Origin: Planctomycetaceae bacterium
GTDB lineage: Bacteria; Planctomycetota; Planctomycetia; Pirellulales; UBA1268
NCBI GenBank assembly: GCA_046095145.1
Contig: JBJTIV010000118.1
Coordinates: 1-37,431, forward strand
Direction of reading: 5' to 3'
DNA length: 37,431 nucleotides
Both the position numbers and the translations under genes were made by a program. Shown here piece after piece: positions 25,197 to 33,802 of the stretch (position 1 is the stretch's first letter; every line of letters begins with the position of its first letter). The notes under the pieces are model-generated. The model saw only the letters and a list, made by a program, of their open reading frames with translations. It made no database searches and was not told the DNA's origin.

Positions 25197-25923
25197 GCCG
25201 GGCGGCGGCCGCACGGCGGCCGCCATCGCGGCGGCGCTGATCGCGCTGGCCGCCCTGCCGGCCGTCGCGGGCTGGCGCGACCTGCAGCGGAGCGAGCCCC
25301 CGCCCCCGGTCGTGCCGGAGACCGCCGCGGCGACGCTCCCGGTCGCCGGCGCCGAGCCGGTCGCGGACGAGGGCAGTGACGGAGCCGCCGCGCTGATCCT
25401 GCCCGCCGCGGTGGAGACGCCGGCCGACGACGAGTCGACCGACGCCTGCGCCGAGGAGGCGGCCGACTGCCGGGCGGCGCTCGAGAAGCTGCGTGCCGAT
25501 TCGCTCGCCGGCATCGACCTCGACATCCGCGTGGGTGGCCGTCCGGGCAACGACTATCCCTACGAATGCCGGCTCGAGGGGGAGACCTTCGAGCCCCGCC
25601 GCTTCGCCACGACGACCTTCACGTGGAAGGCGGCCGGCTACTGCCACAAGCCGCTCTACTTCGAGCACTGGAACCTCGAGCGCTACGGCCACTCGCACGG
25701 CTTCGTGGCGGACTCGTTCCTGTCGGCGGCCCACTTCTTCGCGCGGATCCCCGCCCTGCCCTACCAGATGGGCGTGGAGCTGCCGTGGGAGTGCGTCTAC
25801 CCGCTCGGCTATTACCGCCCCGGCAGCTGCGCCCCGTGGACGGTGCCTGCCGTCCCCGTCAGCGCCCGCGGCTTCGCCGTCGGAGCGGCGGCCGCCACCG
25901 GCATCGTCTTTCTGCTGCCGTGA
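25141..25923 (+). CDS. Membrane-anchored or secreted hypothetical protein with a Cys/aromatic-rich C-terminal domain
   Basis: It has an N-terminal hydrophobic anchor ([19 protein letters not shown]), an acidic low-complexity linker, and then YPYECRLE...[24 protein letters not shown]...[16 protein letters not shown]. The start at 25141 overlaps the guaB end by 56 nt and is uncertain. Confidence 0.6.
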   Translation: MTSPSPTRRRTTPRRSIREPGGGRTAAAIAAALIALAALPAVAGWRDLQRSEPPPPVVPETAAATLPVAGAEPVADEGSDGAAALILPAAVETPADDESTDACAEEAADCRAALEKLRADSLAGIDLDIRVGGRPGNDYPYECRLEGETFEPRRFATTTFTWKAAGYCHKPLYFEHWNLERYGHSHGFVADSFLSAAHFFARIPALPYQMGVELPWECVYPLGYYRPGSCAPWTVPAVPVSARGFAVGAAAATGIVFLLP

Positions 25924-25941
25924 GCCGGGCCGGGGGCGGCG

Positions 25942-26580
25942 TCAGCGCTTGACCACCGTGGCGATGTAGGCGTAGCGACGCGCGACCGACTCGAAGCGCA
26001 CGTCGGCGCGGCCCGACCGGCCGAGCGCCTCGAGCGCCGCGTGGACCTCGGGCCGGTACTCGACGTGGAACAGCGACAGCCAGCGCGTGAGGGCGGCCGC
26101 GAACGCCCGCGGCAGGTCGCGCTGGTCCCAGAAGTCGACGATCAGCATCCGGCCGCCCGGCGCGAGGTACGCGAGGGCCGCCTCGATCGCCGCGGGCCAG
26201 GTGGGCACCATCGACAGGCAGTAGGAGAAGTAGATGGTGTCGAACGGCTCGTCGCGGCCGAACATCCGCCGCGCGTCGAGATCCTCCGCCAGCCCCTGTC
26301 GGAGCACGATCCGCGGCTGGCCGGCGGCGGGCACCCCGCATCGGGCGATGCTCCGCGCGGCGGTCTCGAGCATCTCGTGGGAGGCGTCGAGACCGCAGAG
26401 CAGGCCCGGCGTGGGCCGCCGTGCGAGCTTGATCAGGTTGCGCGCCGTGCCGCAGCCGACCTCCAGCGTGGCGGTGTCGGCCGCCGTCGGCACCTGCGCG
26501 AGCAGGCGGTCGCGGCCGAGCAGGTAGTAGCGGCGCGTCAGGTCGTAGACGTGGCGGGTGAACCGGTACATCCGGTCCAT
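25942..26580 (-). CDS. BtaB-like SAM-dependent methyltransferase
   Basis: The 212-aa protein has YRFTRHVYDLTRRYYLLGRD followed by the SAM motif LEVGCGTARNL. That matches my recollection of the DGTS N-methyltransferase BtaB family. The class I methyltransferase fold is certain, but the specific substrate is an inference. Confidence 0.65.
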   Translation of the reverse strand: MDRMYRFTRHVYDLTRRYYLLGRDRLLAQVPTAADTATLEVGCGTARNLIKLARRPTPGLLCGLDASHEMLETAARSIARCGVPAAGQPRIVLRQGLAEDLDARRMFGRDEPFDTIYFSYCLSMVPTWPAAIEAALAYLAPGGRMLIVDFWDQRDLPRAFAAALTRWLSLFHVEYRPEVHAALEALGRSGRADVRFESVARRYAYIATVVKR

Positions 26581-26624
26581 CGCGGCCGCCTGCTCCCCGG
26601 CCGCCCGGCCCGGCTCGCCGCCGC

Positions 26625-28184
26625 TCAGGGCCGCGCCGCCCGCCGCTCCGGCGGCGGCGCGACGAGGTCGATCTCGCGGGCCACCCGGTCGATCGCGGTG
26701 GTGAGCTCGCGGCCCTGGCTCACGATCGCGGCCTCGGCGTCCCGGAGGGCCCGCCTGATCCTGTCGAGTTCCCGCTGCAGGGCGGCGGCGAGATCGCCGG
26801 CAGCCCCCACGTCGCGCCGCCGGGATGCGAGGTCGCGCTCGAGTTCCCCGGCGACCTTCCGCTCGTCCTCCGTGTTGGCGACGGCCGCCTTGCGGGCGGT
26901 GCGCAGCTGCTCGTTGGACCGCTCCAGGGCGGCGATCTCGGCGCGGATCAGCCTCACGAGGGCGGGGGTGCCCGTGGTCGCGACGCCGTCGGCGCTCGCG
27001 CCGCCGTGGAGGATCATCATGGCGTCGGTGAGCGGCCGCCGGCGGAACACCCGCTCGATGGTCGCCACGTCGTCGCGATCACGGAGTTCGACGGCGGTCT
27101 GCAGGTCGAACGTGGCCCGATCACCGGGGGCGTACTGGGGCTCCGTCGGGCCCTCCGAGCCGGCCGCCTCCGCGGCGGCGTCGGACTCGGCGTCGGGGAC
27201 CGCGGCTTCGGCCTTGGGAGCCGGCCGCGCGTCGCCGCCGCCCAGCGAGAAGGGCTTCGTGAACGTGACCTCCGCCCAGAGCGTGCCCGGCTCCTCGGCC
27301 GCCTGCTGTTCCGCCCGCTCCCACTCGTCCTTCGGCACGTCCTGCTCGTGCTGCTCGAACGTCTCCACGAACCGCTGCACGAGCTGCTTCACCTCCGTCG
27401 AACTCTCCAGCAACTCGCGGACCTTCCCGGCGTCGTCCTTGACGGCCTCGGGCAGCACTCCCCGCTCGTCGTCGGCGGCCAGCTCGGGCGAGCTGTAGAA
27501 GGCGAGCCAGCGGTCGACCGGAAGATCCTCGAACACGATCACCGAGTCGTGCGGCAGCGCCAGCACCTTCGCGTCGTACTCGTCGCGCGGGGCCGTCTGC
27601 ACGACCGTGAGGATGTGGCGTTTCGTCGCCTCGTCGAAACCGGTCTTCTCGATCCGGAATTCGCCGATGTAGGCGCCCCCCTCCTCGAACGGGATCGAGT
27701 CGAAGAGGAAGACGAGGGATCCGGCGTGGAGCGGAGGTGAATCCGCGGTGTTCGTCTGTTCGGCCAGCGCGACCGTGCCGGTCGACGTGTCGTCCTTCGG
27801 CGGCTGGAACGAGGCGTTCTGCCAGATGCGACCACGCCAGGTGTCGATCCGATCCAGCCCGCGTCGCCAGCGGTCGCGCCGGTCGCGGAGGCGGGCGAGC
27901 GAGTTCGGGCCCTCCTCCCAGCCCGCAGAACGCGGATCGGGCGTGCGGTCGTGCTCGGCCTTCGCCAGCCGCGCCTCCAGATCGTCGATCTTCTGCTTCC
28001 AGGCCCGATCCCGCTGCGCGATGCGGGCTGCCAGATAGAGGAACGTCGCGGCCGAGAGGAGCACGAGGAAGCCGGCGACGACCGTGCCGATGCTCCAGCG
28101 CCGGTGGCCGAGTCCCAGCGCCACCAGGCCGCCGAGCAGGACCAGCGCCACCGTCGCCAGCACGAGGATGTCGACGATCTGCAT
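26625..28184 (-). CDS. Two-TM hypothetical protein with a long coiled-coil/acidic C-terminal region (519 aa)
   Basis: ATG 28184 ([25 protein letters not shown]) begins two adjacent TM helices. Upstream of it the track ORF is Arg/Pro junk. Coiled-coil-like segments occur at both ends ([15 protein letters not shown]; [19 protein letters not shown]). Confidence 0.65.
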   Translation of the reverse strand: MQIVDILVLATVALVLLGGLVALGLGHRRWSIGTVVAGFLVLLSAATFLYLAARIAQRDRAWKQKIDDLEARLAKAEHDRTPDPRSAGWEEGPNSLARLRDRRDRWRRGLDRIDTWRGRIWQNASFQPPKDDTSTGTVALAEQTNTADSPPLHAGSLVFLFDSIPFEEGGAYIGEFRIEKTGFDEATKRHILTVVQTAPRDEYDAKVLALPHDSVIVFEDLPVDRWLAFYSSPELAADDERGVLPEAVKDDAGKVRELLESSTEVKQLVQRFVETFEQHEQDVPKDEWERAEQQAAEEPGTLWAEVTFTKPFSLGGGDARPAPKAEAAVPDAESDAAAEAAGSEGPTEPQYAPGDRATFDLQTAVELRDRDDVATIERVFRRRPLTDAMMILHGGASADGVATTGTPALVRLIRAEIAALERSNEQLRTARKAAVANTEDERKVAGELERDLASRRRDVGAAGDLAAALQRELDRIRRALRDAEAAIVSQGRELTTAIDRVAREIDLVAPPPERRAARP

Positions 28185-28227
28185 GGGCCCGTCCCGCGGT
28201 CCGCCGTGATCCGCTCCCGGCTCGCGG

Positions 28228-28233
28228 AGTATA
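28228..28233 (-). promoter_or_regulatory. -10-like hexamer TATACT upstream of the 519-aa hypothetical gene
   Basis: This AGTATA site lies 43 nt upstream of ATG 28184. Confidence 0.35.
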
Positions 28234-28549
28234 TCGCTGGCACCCGGTGTTCCGGGAATCTTCGGATCGACGTGGTCGCCCGCGTGAGGCCGCCGCCGGC
28301 CGGCGGCGCAGCCTTCCGTCGCATCCGGGCGACGCGGGGGTCGCGGCGCGTCGCCCGCCGGCGACGCGGTCTGGTCCGGTCGTGACGGTGCCGCGGGAGG
28401 CGGCAGGCGCACCCCGCGACTCCGGCGGTTTTCCACGCTCCGCCGCGGTGCGGCATCGGAAATGCCCTGTGGTCGAGCCCCGGTCCGGCGGCAACGCCCG
28501 AGCCCCGTCGCCCCCGATCCCGCGCTCGTCACCTGAGGAGTCAGCAGCC

Positions 28550-30076
28550 ATGGTCCGCGTCGCCACGCCCCCCGTCCGCGGAGCCACCCGCAGCCGCCGC
28601 CCGACGGCGGTGATCGATGATCCGATCCGTCTCTACCTGGCGCAGATGGGTGGCATTCCGCTGCTGGATCGCGCCGGCGAGGTCAGGCACTCGCGGCGGA
28701 TCGAGCACTGGCGCCGCCGCTTCCGCCGCACGCTGCTTGCCAACGACTTCGTGCTCGCCGGCGCGGTCGCCCTGCTGGAGAAGGTCCAGGCCGGCACCGT
28801 CCGGCTCGACCGCACGATCGAGGTCTCCGTGACCAACACCCGCGAGAAGCGGCGCATCCTCCGCCGGCTCGCCCCCAACCTGGCCACCCTGCGCCGCCTC
28901 CAGGACGAGAAGGCGCGGCTGTTCCGCGTCGCCATGTCGCGGAGCACGCCCGACGAGCGGCGGCGCGAGGCCTGGCGGCGGCTCGTCCGGCAGCGGAACA
29001 AGGCGGTGCGGCTCGTCGAGGAGATGCAGCTGCGGATCCAGCGGCTCTATCCGCTGCTCAAGGAGCTGCGGGGCCGGGCACGGCACCTCGACGAACTCCG
29101 GGCCCTGGCGGCCGCGGCCGGCGGCGACCCGCAGCGGCGGCGGGCGCTCGCGGTGGAGCAGCGGCGGATCCTGCTGGCCGCCCGCGAGAGCCGCCGCACG
29201 CTGGCCCGGCGGCTGGCGCTGCTCGACGACCTGCAGGGCCGGTACGACGCCGCGAAGCGGGACCTCGCCGAGGGCAACCTGCGGCTGGTGATCTCGATCG
29301 CGAAGCGCTACCGCAACCGCGGCCTGTCGTTCCTCGACCTCATCCAGGAGGGCAACTCCGGCCTGATGCGGGCAGTCGACAAGTTCGAGCACGCCCGCGG
29401 CTTCAAGTTCTCCACGTACGCCACGTGGTGGATCCGGCAGGCGATCACCCGTGCCATCGCCGACCAGAGCCGCACCATCCGCGTGCCGGTGCACATGGTG
29501 GACACCATGACGAAGATGCGCAACCTCGCCCGCGACATGCAGCAGGAACTCGGCCGCGAGGCGACCGTCGAGGAACTCGCGGCCCGGTCCGGCGTCAGCC
29601 TCGCCGACGCGGAGTGCGTGTGGCGGATGTCGCGGCGGCCCACGTCGCTCGACCAGCCGGTGGGTGAGGGCGACGAGGCGGTCACGGGAGACTTCGTGCG
29701 CGACCACCGGGAGGAGGACGCTTTGGCCGACGTCAACCGGCAGTCGCTCAAGTCGTCGATCGCCAAGGCGCTCGCCGGCCTGTCGTTCCGGGAGCGCGAG
29801 ATCATCCGCCTGCGGTTCGGCCTGGCCGACGGCTATGCCTACACGCTCGAGGAGGTGGGCACGATCTTCGACGTGACGCGGGAGCGGGTCCGGCAGATCG
29901 AGGCCAAGGCCGTGGAGAAACTCCGCGAGCCGGGCCTCGACGTGGACCTCGCCGGCTTCGTCGACGACGGGCTCGTGGAGCGGGCGCGGGCCGCCGCCCT
30001 GCTGCGGGCGGAGCGCTCGTCGCGACCGAGGGTCGCGGCGACCGTCGAGCCCGAACTGGCCGGCGCGACCCCCTGA
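28550..30076 (+). CDS. RpoD-like sigma-70 factor with a long Arg-rich spacer between regions 1.2 and 2
   Basis: GAGGAG lies 9 nt before ATG 28550. Region 1.2 is [16 protein letters not shown], region 2 is [57 protein letters not shown], and region 4 is [23 protein letters not shown]. Confidence 0.92.
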   Translation: MVRVATPPVRGATRSRRPTAVIDDPIRLYLAQMGGIPLLDRAGEVRHSRRIEHWRRRFRRTLLANDFVLAGAVALLEKVQAGTVRLDRTIEVSVTNTREKRRILRRLAPNLATLRRLQDEKARLFRVAMSRSTPDERRREAWRRLVRQRNKAVRLVEEMQLRIQRLYPLLKELRGRARHLDELRALAAAAGGDPQRRRALAVEQRRILLAARESRRTLARRLALLDDLQGRYDAAKRDLAEGNLRLVISIAKRYRNRGLSFLDLIQEGNSGLMRAVDKFEHARGFKFSTYATWWIRQAITRAIADQSRTIRVPVHMVDTMTKMRNLARDMQQELGREATVEELAARSGVSLADAECVWRMSRRPTSLDQPVGEGDEAVTGDFVRDHREEDALADVNRQSLKSSIAKALAGLSFREREIIRLRFGLADGYAYTLEEVGTIFDVTRERVRQIEAKAVEKLREPGLDVDLAGFVDDGLVERARAAALLRAERSSRPRVAATVEPELAGATP

Positions 30077-30103
30077 GGACCCCGACGAACGGCGTGGCGT
30101 CCG

Positions 30104-30436
30104 CTACGCCGGCTTGGCCTCGTCGAGGGCCTGCTGCAGGCGGGCCTTGGGCTGCACGCCCATGAACTGCTGCACGAGCCGGCCGCCGCTGAAGATCATG
30201 ATCGTGGGGATGCTCGCCACGTTGTAGGTCATCGCCAGGCGGTTGTTGTCGTCGACATTCACCTTGCCCACGCGAAACGTGCCCTGATTCTCGGCGGCCA
30301 GTTCCTCGATCGTCGGGCCGATCATCCGGCACGGTCCGCACCACGGTGCCCAGAAGTCCACGAGCACGGGCACGGGCGAGTCGAGCACCTCGCTCTGGAA
30401 GTTCTGGTCGGTGAATTCGCTGGCGGCATGTCCCAT
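30104..30436 (-). CDS. trxA: Thioredoxin
   Basis: The 110-aa protein has the WCGPC active site and typical flanks (VLVDFWAPWCGPCRMIGP). Confidence 0.95.
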   Translation of the reverse strand: MGHAASEFTDQNFQSEVLDSPVPVLVDFWAPWCGPCRMIGPTIEELAAENQGTFRVGKVNVDDNNRLAMTYNVASIPTIMIFSGGRLVQQFMGVQPKARLQQALDEAKPA

Positions 30437-30532
30437 CGTCGCGGTCGCTCCCGGGGGTGAATCGGCGGTGTCATCCGCACCGCTGCCACGCTAGGATGCC
30501 CCGGAGAGGGGCTCCGCGTGGCGGTCGCCCAC

Positions 30533-30538
30533 AGTATA
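30533..30538 (-). promoter_or_regulatory. -10-like hexamer TATACT upstream of trxA (reads TATAGC on the plus strand towards the oxidoreductase)
   Basis: This AGTATA site lies 96 nt upstream of ATG 30436, in a divergent spacer. Confidence 0.3.
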
Positions 30539-30591
30539 GCGGTGGCCGGCGGCGATGCGGTGCCGACGGTGGAAGTGACCCGGAGCCGAGC

Positions 30592-31605
30592 GTGCAGCGA
30601 GAGTCCGCGGCGCCGAGCCCGAGCGCCTGGCGCGTGAGCCGCACCGCGGCGGGCGCGTGCGCGGGTGGTCTCGTGTCGCTCGGCTGGGATCCCGCGGCCG
30701 ACCCCGGGGCCGACGGTGCCGTCGTGGCGGTGGAGGCGGCGGGATTCAACTACAAGGACGCCCTGGCCTGCACCTGCCACCCGGGCGTGATGCGGATCAC
30801 GCCGCTCGTCCCCGGAATCGACGTCGCGGGCCGCCTCCTCCGCGCGGCCGGCGGCCAGGCCGCCGACACGGCGGTGGTGATCACCGGCAACACCATGGGC
30901 GAGCGTCGCGACGGCGGCTTCGCGACCCACGTGCGGATGCCTGTGGAAGCGATCCTGCCCAGGCCGGCCGCGCTGACCGCGGTGGACGCGATGGCGCTGG
31001 GCACCGCGGGGCTGACGGCGCTCGCGGCCTGCGCACGGCTCGAGCGGCTCGTGGAGGATCGCGCTGGCGACTGGCTGGTCACCGGAGCCAGCGGCGGCGT
31101 GGGCATGCTCGCGGTGGCCAGGCTCGCGGAGGCCGGCCACCGGGTCGTCGCCTGCTCGCGCAAGGCGGCGGCCCGCGAGGCGCTGCTCGGCCTGGGGGCG
31201 ACGGAGGTCGCCACCCCGGCCGCGGTCGTGGCCGAGCCGGGGAAGTCCCTGGCGGCGGGCCGGTGGGCGGGCGTGGTCGACACGGTGGGCGGCGCGCTGC
31301 TGTCCGACCTGCTGCGGAGCGTGAGGGGCGGCGGGGCCGTGGCGGCGATCGGCATGGCGGGGGGCGCGGACCTCGTCACCACCGTGCATCCGTTCATCCT
31401 CCGGGGCGTGACCCTGGCCGGCATCGACGCGGCCACGCAGCTCACCCACGACGACCGCCGCCGGCTGTGGGACGACCTGGCCGAGTGGTGGCCGCGGCTT
31501 CGCGGCCGCGTGCCGGTCGCGAGGCTGCGGCTCGACGAGGTCGGGGCGTGGGCCGGGCGGATGCTCCGCGGCGAGACGGTCGGTCGGGCCGTGGTCGTGC
31601 CATGA
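30592..31605 (+). CDS. YhdH/AcuI-type MDR-family NADPH:quinone/acryloyl-CoA reductase
   Basis: AAGFNYKDALA, PLVPGIDVAG, VTGASGGVG, WAGVVDTVGG and PFILRGVTLAGID are collinear with E. coli YhdH. GTG 30592 is preceded by GGAG at 6 nt. Confidence 0.85.
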   Translation: MQRESAAPSPSAWRVSRTAAGACAGGLVSLGWDPAADPGADGAVVAVEAAGFNYKDALACTCHPGVMRITPLVPGIDVAGRLLRAAGGQAADTAVVITGNTMGERRDGGFATHVRMPVEAILPRPAALTAVDAMALGTAGLTALAACARLERLVEDRAGDWLVTGASGGVGMLAVARLAEAGHRVVACSRKAAAREALLGLGATEVATPAAVVAEPGKSLAAGRWAGVVDTVGGALLSDLLRSVRGGGAVAAIGMAGGADLVTTVHPFILRGVTLAGIDAATQLTHDDRRRLWDDLAEWWPRLRGRVPVARLRLDEVGAWAGRMLRGETVGRAVVVP

Positions 31606-31979
31606 CCGCGCCGCACCGCATCAGGCTGCAGTCCGCGTGGCACGCGACCGCGGACGGGGCGGTGTGGAGCCGCTCGTTCGGCATGCCCACGGGAGTCAAC
31701 GCGGGCGACCGAATCTGGCTGGAGATCACCCGGCCAGCGGCCGGCGCCGCCGTGCTCAACGGCCGCCCCCTGCCGCCCGTCGTCGCCGGAGCCGCGGCCT
31801 GGCGACACGACGTGACGGCCGACCTGCGGGACCGCAACGAACTGCGGCTCGAATTCGTCGCGGCCCTCCCGGCCCGGGCCGCCGACCGTGAGCCGCTGCC
31901 GGAGGCCGCAGGCGGCGTGGCGCTCGTGATCACAGCCGGCACGGACGACGCCGGAGCGCTTGACACGCGCTCGCCGTGA
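31602..31979 (+). CDS. Small hypothetical protein (125 aa), possibly a beta-sandwich domain
   Basis: Its ATG overlaps the upstream TGA (ATGA). The pattern IWLE...AAVLNGRPL...HDVTADLRDRNELRLEF resembles the sugar-binding sandwich of GH2-type enzymes, but I did not verify this. Confidence 0.5.
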   Translation: MTAPHRIRLQSAWHATADGAVWSRSFGMPTGVNAGDRIWLEITRPAAGAAVLNGRPLPPVVAGAAAWRHDVTADLRDRNELRLEFVAALPARAADREPLPEAAGGVALVITAGTDDAGALDTRSP

Positions 31980-32047
31980 TCGCTACCAAGACCGTCGGTG
32001 CACGCGGCGACGCGCGACCGCAACGTGGGCACGGTGAGGAACTCGTC

Positions 32048-32302
32048 ATGTCGATCGTGAGGGTGGGAAGCACGAGCACGTACGCCGCCGGCTGGGATGC
32101 CATCTTCGGCGGCCGGGTCGCTCGGCCCGGGAACACGGGGCGCACGAAGGCCCGCACCGCCGGTCGGGCCGCCACGCGGAAGACGGCGGCCGAGCCCCGG
32201 CCGGTGAAGGCCGCGAAGAAGGCCCGCGCGCAGAAGCCGCGCACGCGGAAGGTCGGCTCCAAGAAAGCCCGCGCGACCAAGACCGGCCGGAAGCGGCGGT
32301 AG
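32048..32302 (+). CDS. Small protein with a Lys/Arg/Ala-rich histone-H1-like tail (84 aa)
   Basis: GAGGAA lies 7 nt before ATG 32048. The N-terminus is MSIVRVGSTSTYAAGWDAIFGG, followed by about 60 residues of KARTAGRAATRKTAAEPRPVKAAKKARAQKPRTRKVGSKKARATKTGRKRR. Confidence 0.6.
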   Translation: MSIVRVGSTSTYAAGWDAIFGGRVARPGNTGRTKARTAGRAATRKTAAEPRPVKAAKKARAQKPRTRKVGSKKARATKTGRKRR

Positions 32303-32329
32303 CCGTCGGCGGCCGCGGACTCCGCGCCG

Positions 32330-33163
32330 TCAGCTCGAGCGGCCGAGCTCGCGGGCCCGCGCGGTGGCGGCGACGACCGCGTCGGCGAGTGCCTGCGGGA
32401 GGCCGCGGGCCTCGAGCACGGCCAGGCCGGCGAGCGTCGTGCCGCCGGGACTCGTCACCTGGCCGCGGATCGCCGCCGGGCTCTCCCGCGTGCGCTCGAG
32501 CAGTTCGCCGGTGCCGGCGAACGTCTCCACGGCCAACGCCAGCGCGAGCTCCGCCGGCAGGCCGGCCCGCTCGCCCCCCGCGGCGAGCGCCTCGACGACG
32601 AGCGCCAGGAAGCCGGGCCCCGAGCCCGACAGGCCCGTGACGGCGTCCATGAGGGACTCGTCGACCTCGTGCACGTGGCCCACCGCCGCCAGCAGTTCGA
32701 GCACCCGCCGGCGGTCGGCCGCGTCCACCTCCGGAGCCGCGCACACGACCGCCACGCCGCGGCCCACGAGGCTCGGCGTGTTGGGCATCACGCGCACGAT
32801 CCGCGGCGTGCGCGCCAGCGCCGCGAGGCGGGCGGTGGTCAGGCCGGCCACGCTCGACACGAGCGTGGCGTCGGGCCGCAGCGCCGCGGCGATCTCCGCG
32901 CAGGCCGCGGCAGCCTGCTGCGGCTTCACCGCGAGCACGACGAGCCGCGCCGCCGCGGCGGCCTCGGCCCCGGTGGCCGCGAACCGCACGCCCGGCACCC
33001 GGTCGGCGAACCGCGCGCGAGCCTCGGGAGCGGGGTCGACGACGGTGCTCGCGGCGGCGTCGACGAGGCCGGCGGCGTGGAAGCCCGCCGCCAGGGCCTG
33101 GGCCATGCGACCGCCGCCCACGAGGGCGACCGCCCGATCCGCCGAGGTCGCCTGGCCGTTCAC
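32330..33163 (-). CDS. proC: Pyrroline-5-carboxylate reductase
   Basis: The Rossmann start VALVGGGRMAQAL, VMPNTP, and the C-terminal SPGGTTLAGL motif support the call. I chose GTG 33163, which gives 277 aa; the start is uncertain. Confidence 0.88.
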   Translation of the reverse strand: MNGQATSADRAVALVGGGRMAQALAAGFHAAGLVDAAASTVVDPAPEARARFADRVPGVRFAATGAEAAAAARLVVLAVKPQQAAAACAEIAAALRPDATLVSSVAGLTTARLAALARTPRIVRVMPNTPSLVGRGVAVVCAAPEVDAADRRRVLELLAAVGHVHEVDESLMDAVTGLSGSGPGFLALVVEALAAGGERAGLPAELALALAVETFAGTGELLERTRESPAAIRGQVTSPGGTTLAGLAVLEARGLPQALADAVVAATARARELGRSS

Positions 33164-33221
33164 GGAGCGCGTCCTGCGATGAGATGCCGCCGGCGGGTTG
33201 CACGTTTCCGCCGCGCCGCCC

Positions 33222-33227
33222 AGTATA
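33222..33227 (-). promoter_or_regulatory. -10-like hexamer TATACT upstream of proC (reads TATAGG on the plus strand towards the adenosyltransferase)
   Basis: This AGTATA site lies 58 nt upstream of GTG 33163. TTGCAC at 33198..33203 lies on the plus strand. Confidence 0.3.
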
Positions 33228-33262
33228 GGTCGAGGGATGACTGCCGGCGGAGACGCGAGACG

Positions 33263-33802
33263 ATGAAGATCTACACCAAGACGGGCGACGCCGGCGAGAC
33301 GGGCCTGTTCGGCGGTCCGCGGGTCCGCAAGGACCACTCGCGCATCGAGGCCTTCGGCACCGTCGACGAGCTCAACAGCCATCTCGGCGCGGTCCGCACG
33401 CTGCCGGCCGCGTCGGGGTTCGACGCGTTGCTGCGGCGCGTGCAGTGCGAGCTGTTCGACCTGGGCGCGCAGCTCGCCACGCCGTCACGGGCCGCCGAGC
33501 GGATCACCGTCGGCCACGTCGTGGCCCTGGAGGCCGAGATCGACGGCCACGAGGCCGCGCTCGAGCCGCTGGCCAGCTTCATCCTTCCCACGGGCACGCC
33601 GCTGGCCGCGGCGCTCCACGTGGCCCGGACGGTGTGCCGCCGCGCCGAGCGCCGGGTGGTGACGCTGGCGATGCAGCCGGAGACCACGATCCCCGCCAAC
33701 GCGATCGAATACCTGAACCGCCTCGGCGACCTGCTGTTCGTGCTGGCCCGCGTGGCCAACCGGCGGGCGGACGTCGCCGACGACCCGTGGATGCCCGCAT
33801 GA
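33263..33802 (+). CDS. PduO-type ATP:cob(I)alamin adenosyltransferase
   Basis: MKIYTKTGDAGETGLFGG...R..KD..RIEAFGTVDELNS and YLNRLGDLLFVLAR are hallmark motifs of the family. The protein is 179 aa. Confidence 0.9.
   Translation: MKIYTKTGDAGETGLFGGPRVRKDHSRIEAFGTVDELNSHLGAVRTLPAASGFDALLRRVQCELFDLGAQLATPSRAAERITVGHVVALEAEIDGHEAALEPLASFILPTGTPLAAALHVARTVCRRAERRVVTLAMQPETTIPANAIEYLNRLGDLLFVLARVANRRADVADDPWMPA

Noticed and set aside
22824-25550. A 908-aa minus-strand ORF across the guaB region
   Set aside because: It is antisense to a clearly recognisable IMP dehydrogenase and has no coding-like composition. The same reasoning applies to 33271..36339 (antisense to glnD), 2510..5191, 6225..8387, 10002..11540, 11244..13208, 13857..15581 and 17015..18658.
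28462-28536. A 24-codon upstream ORF as an annotated CDS
   Set aside because: It is too short, has no RBS and has a Pro/Arg-rich composition. I mention it only as a possibility under the sigma-leader finding.
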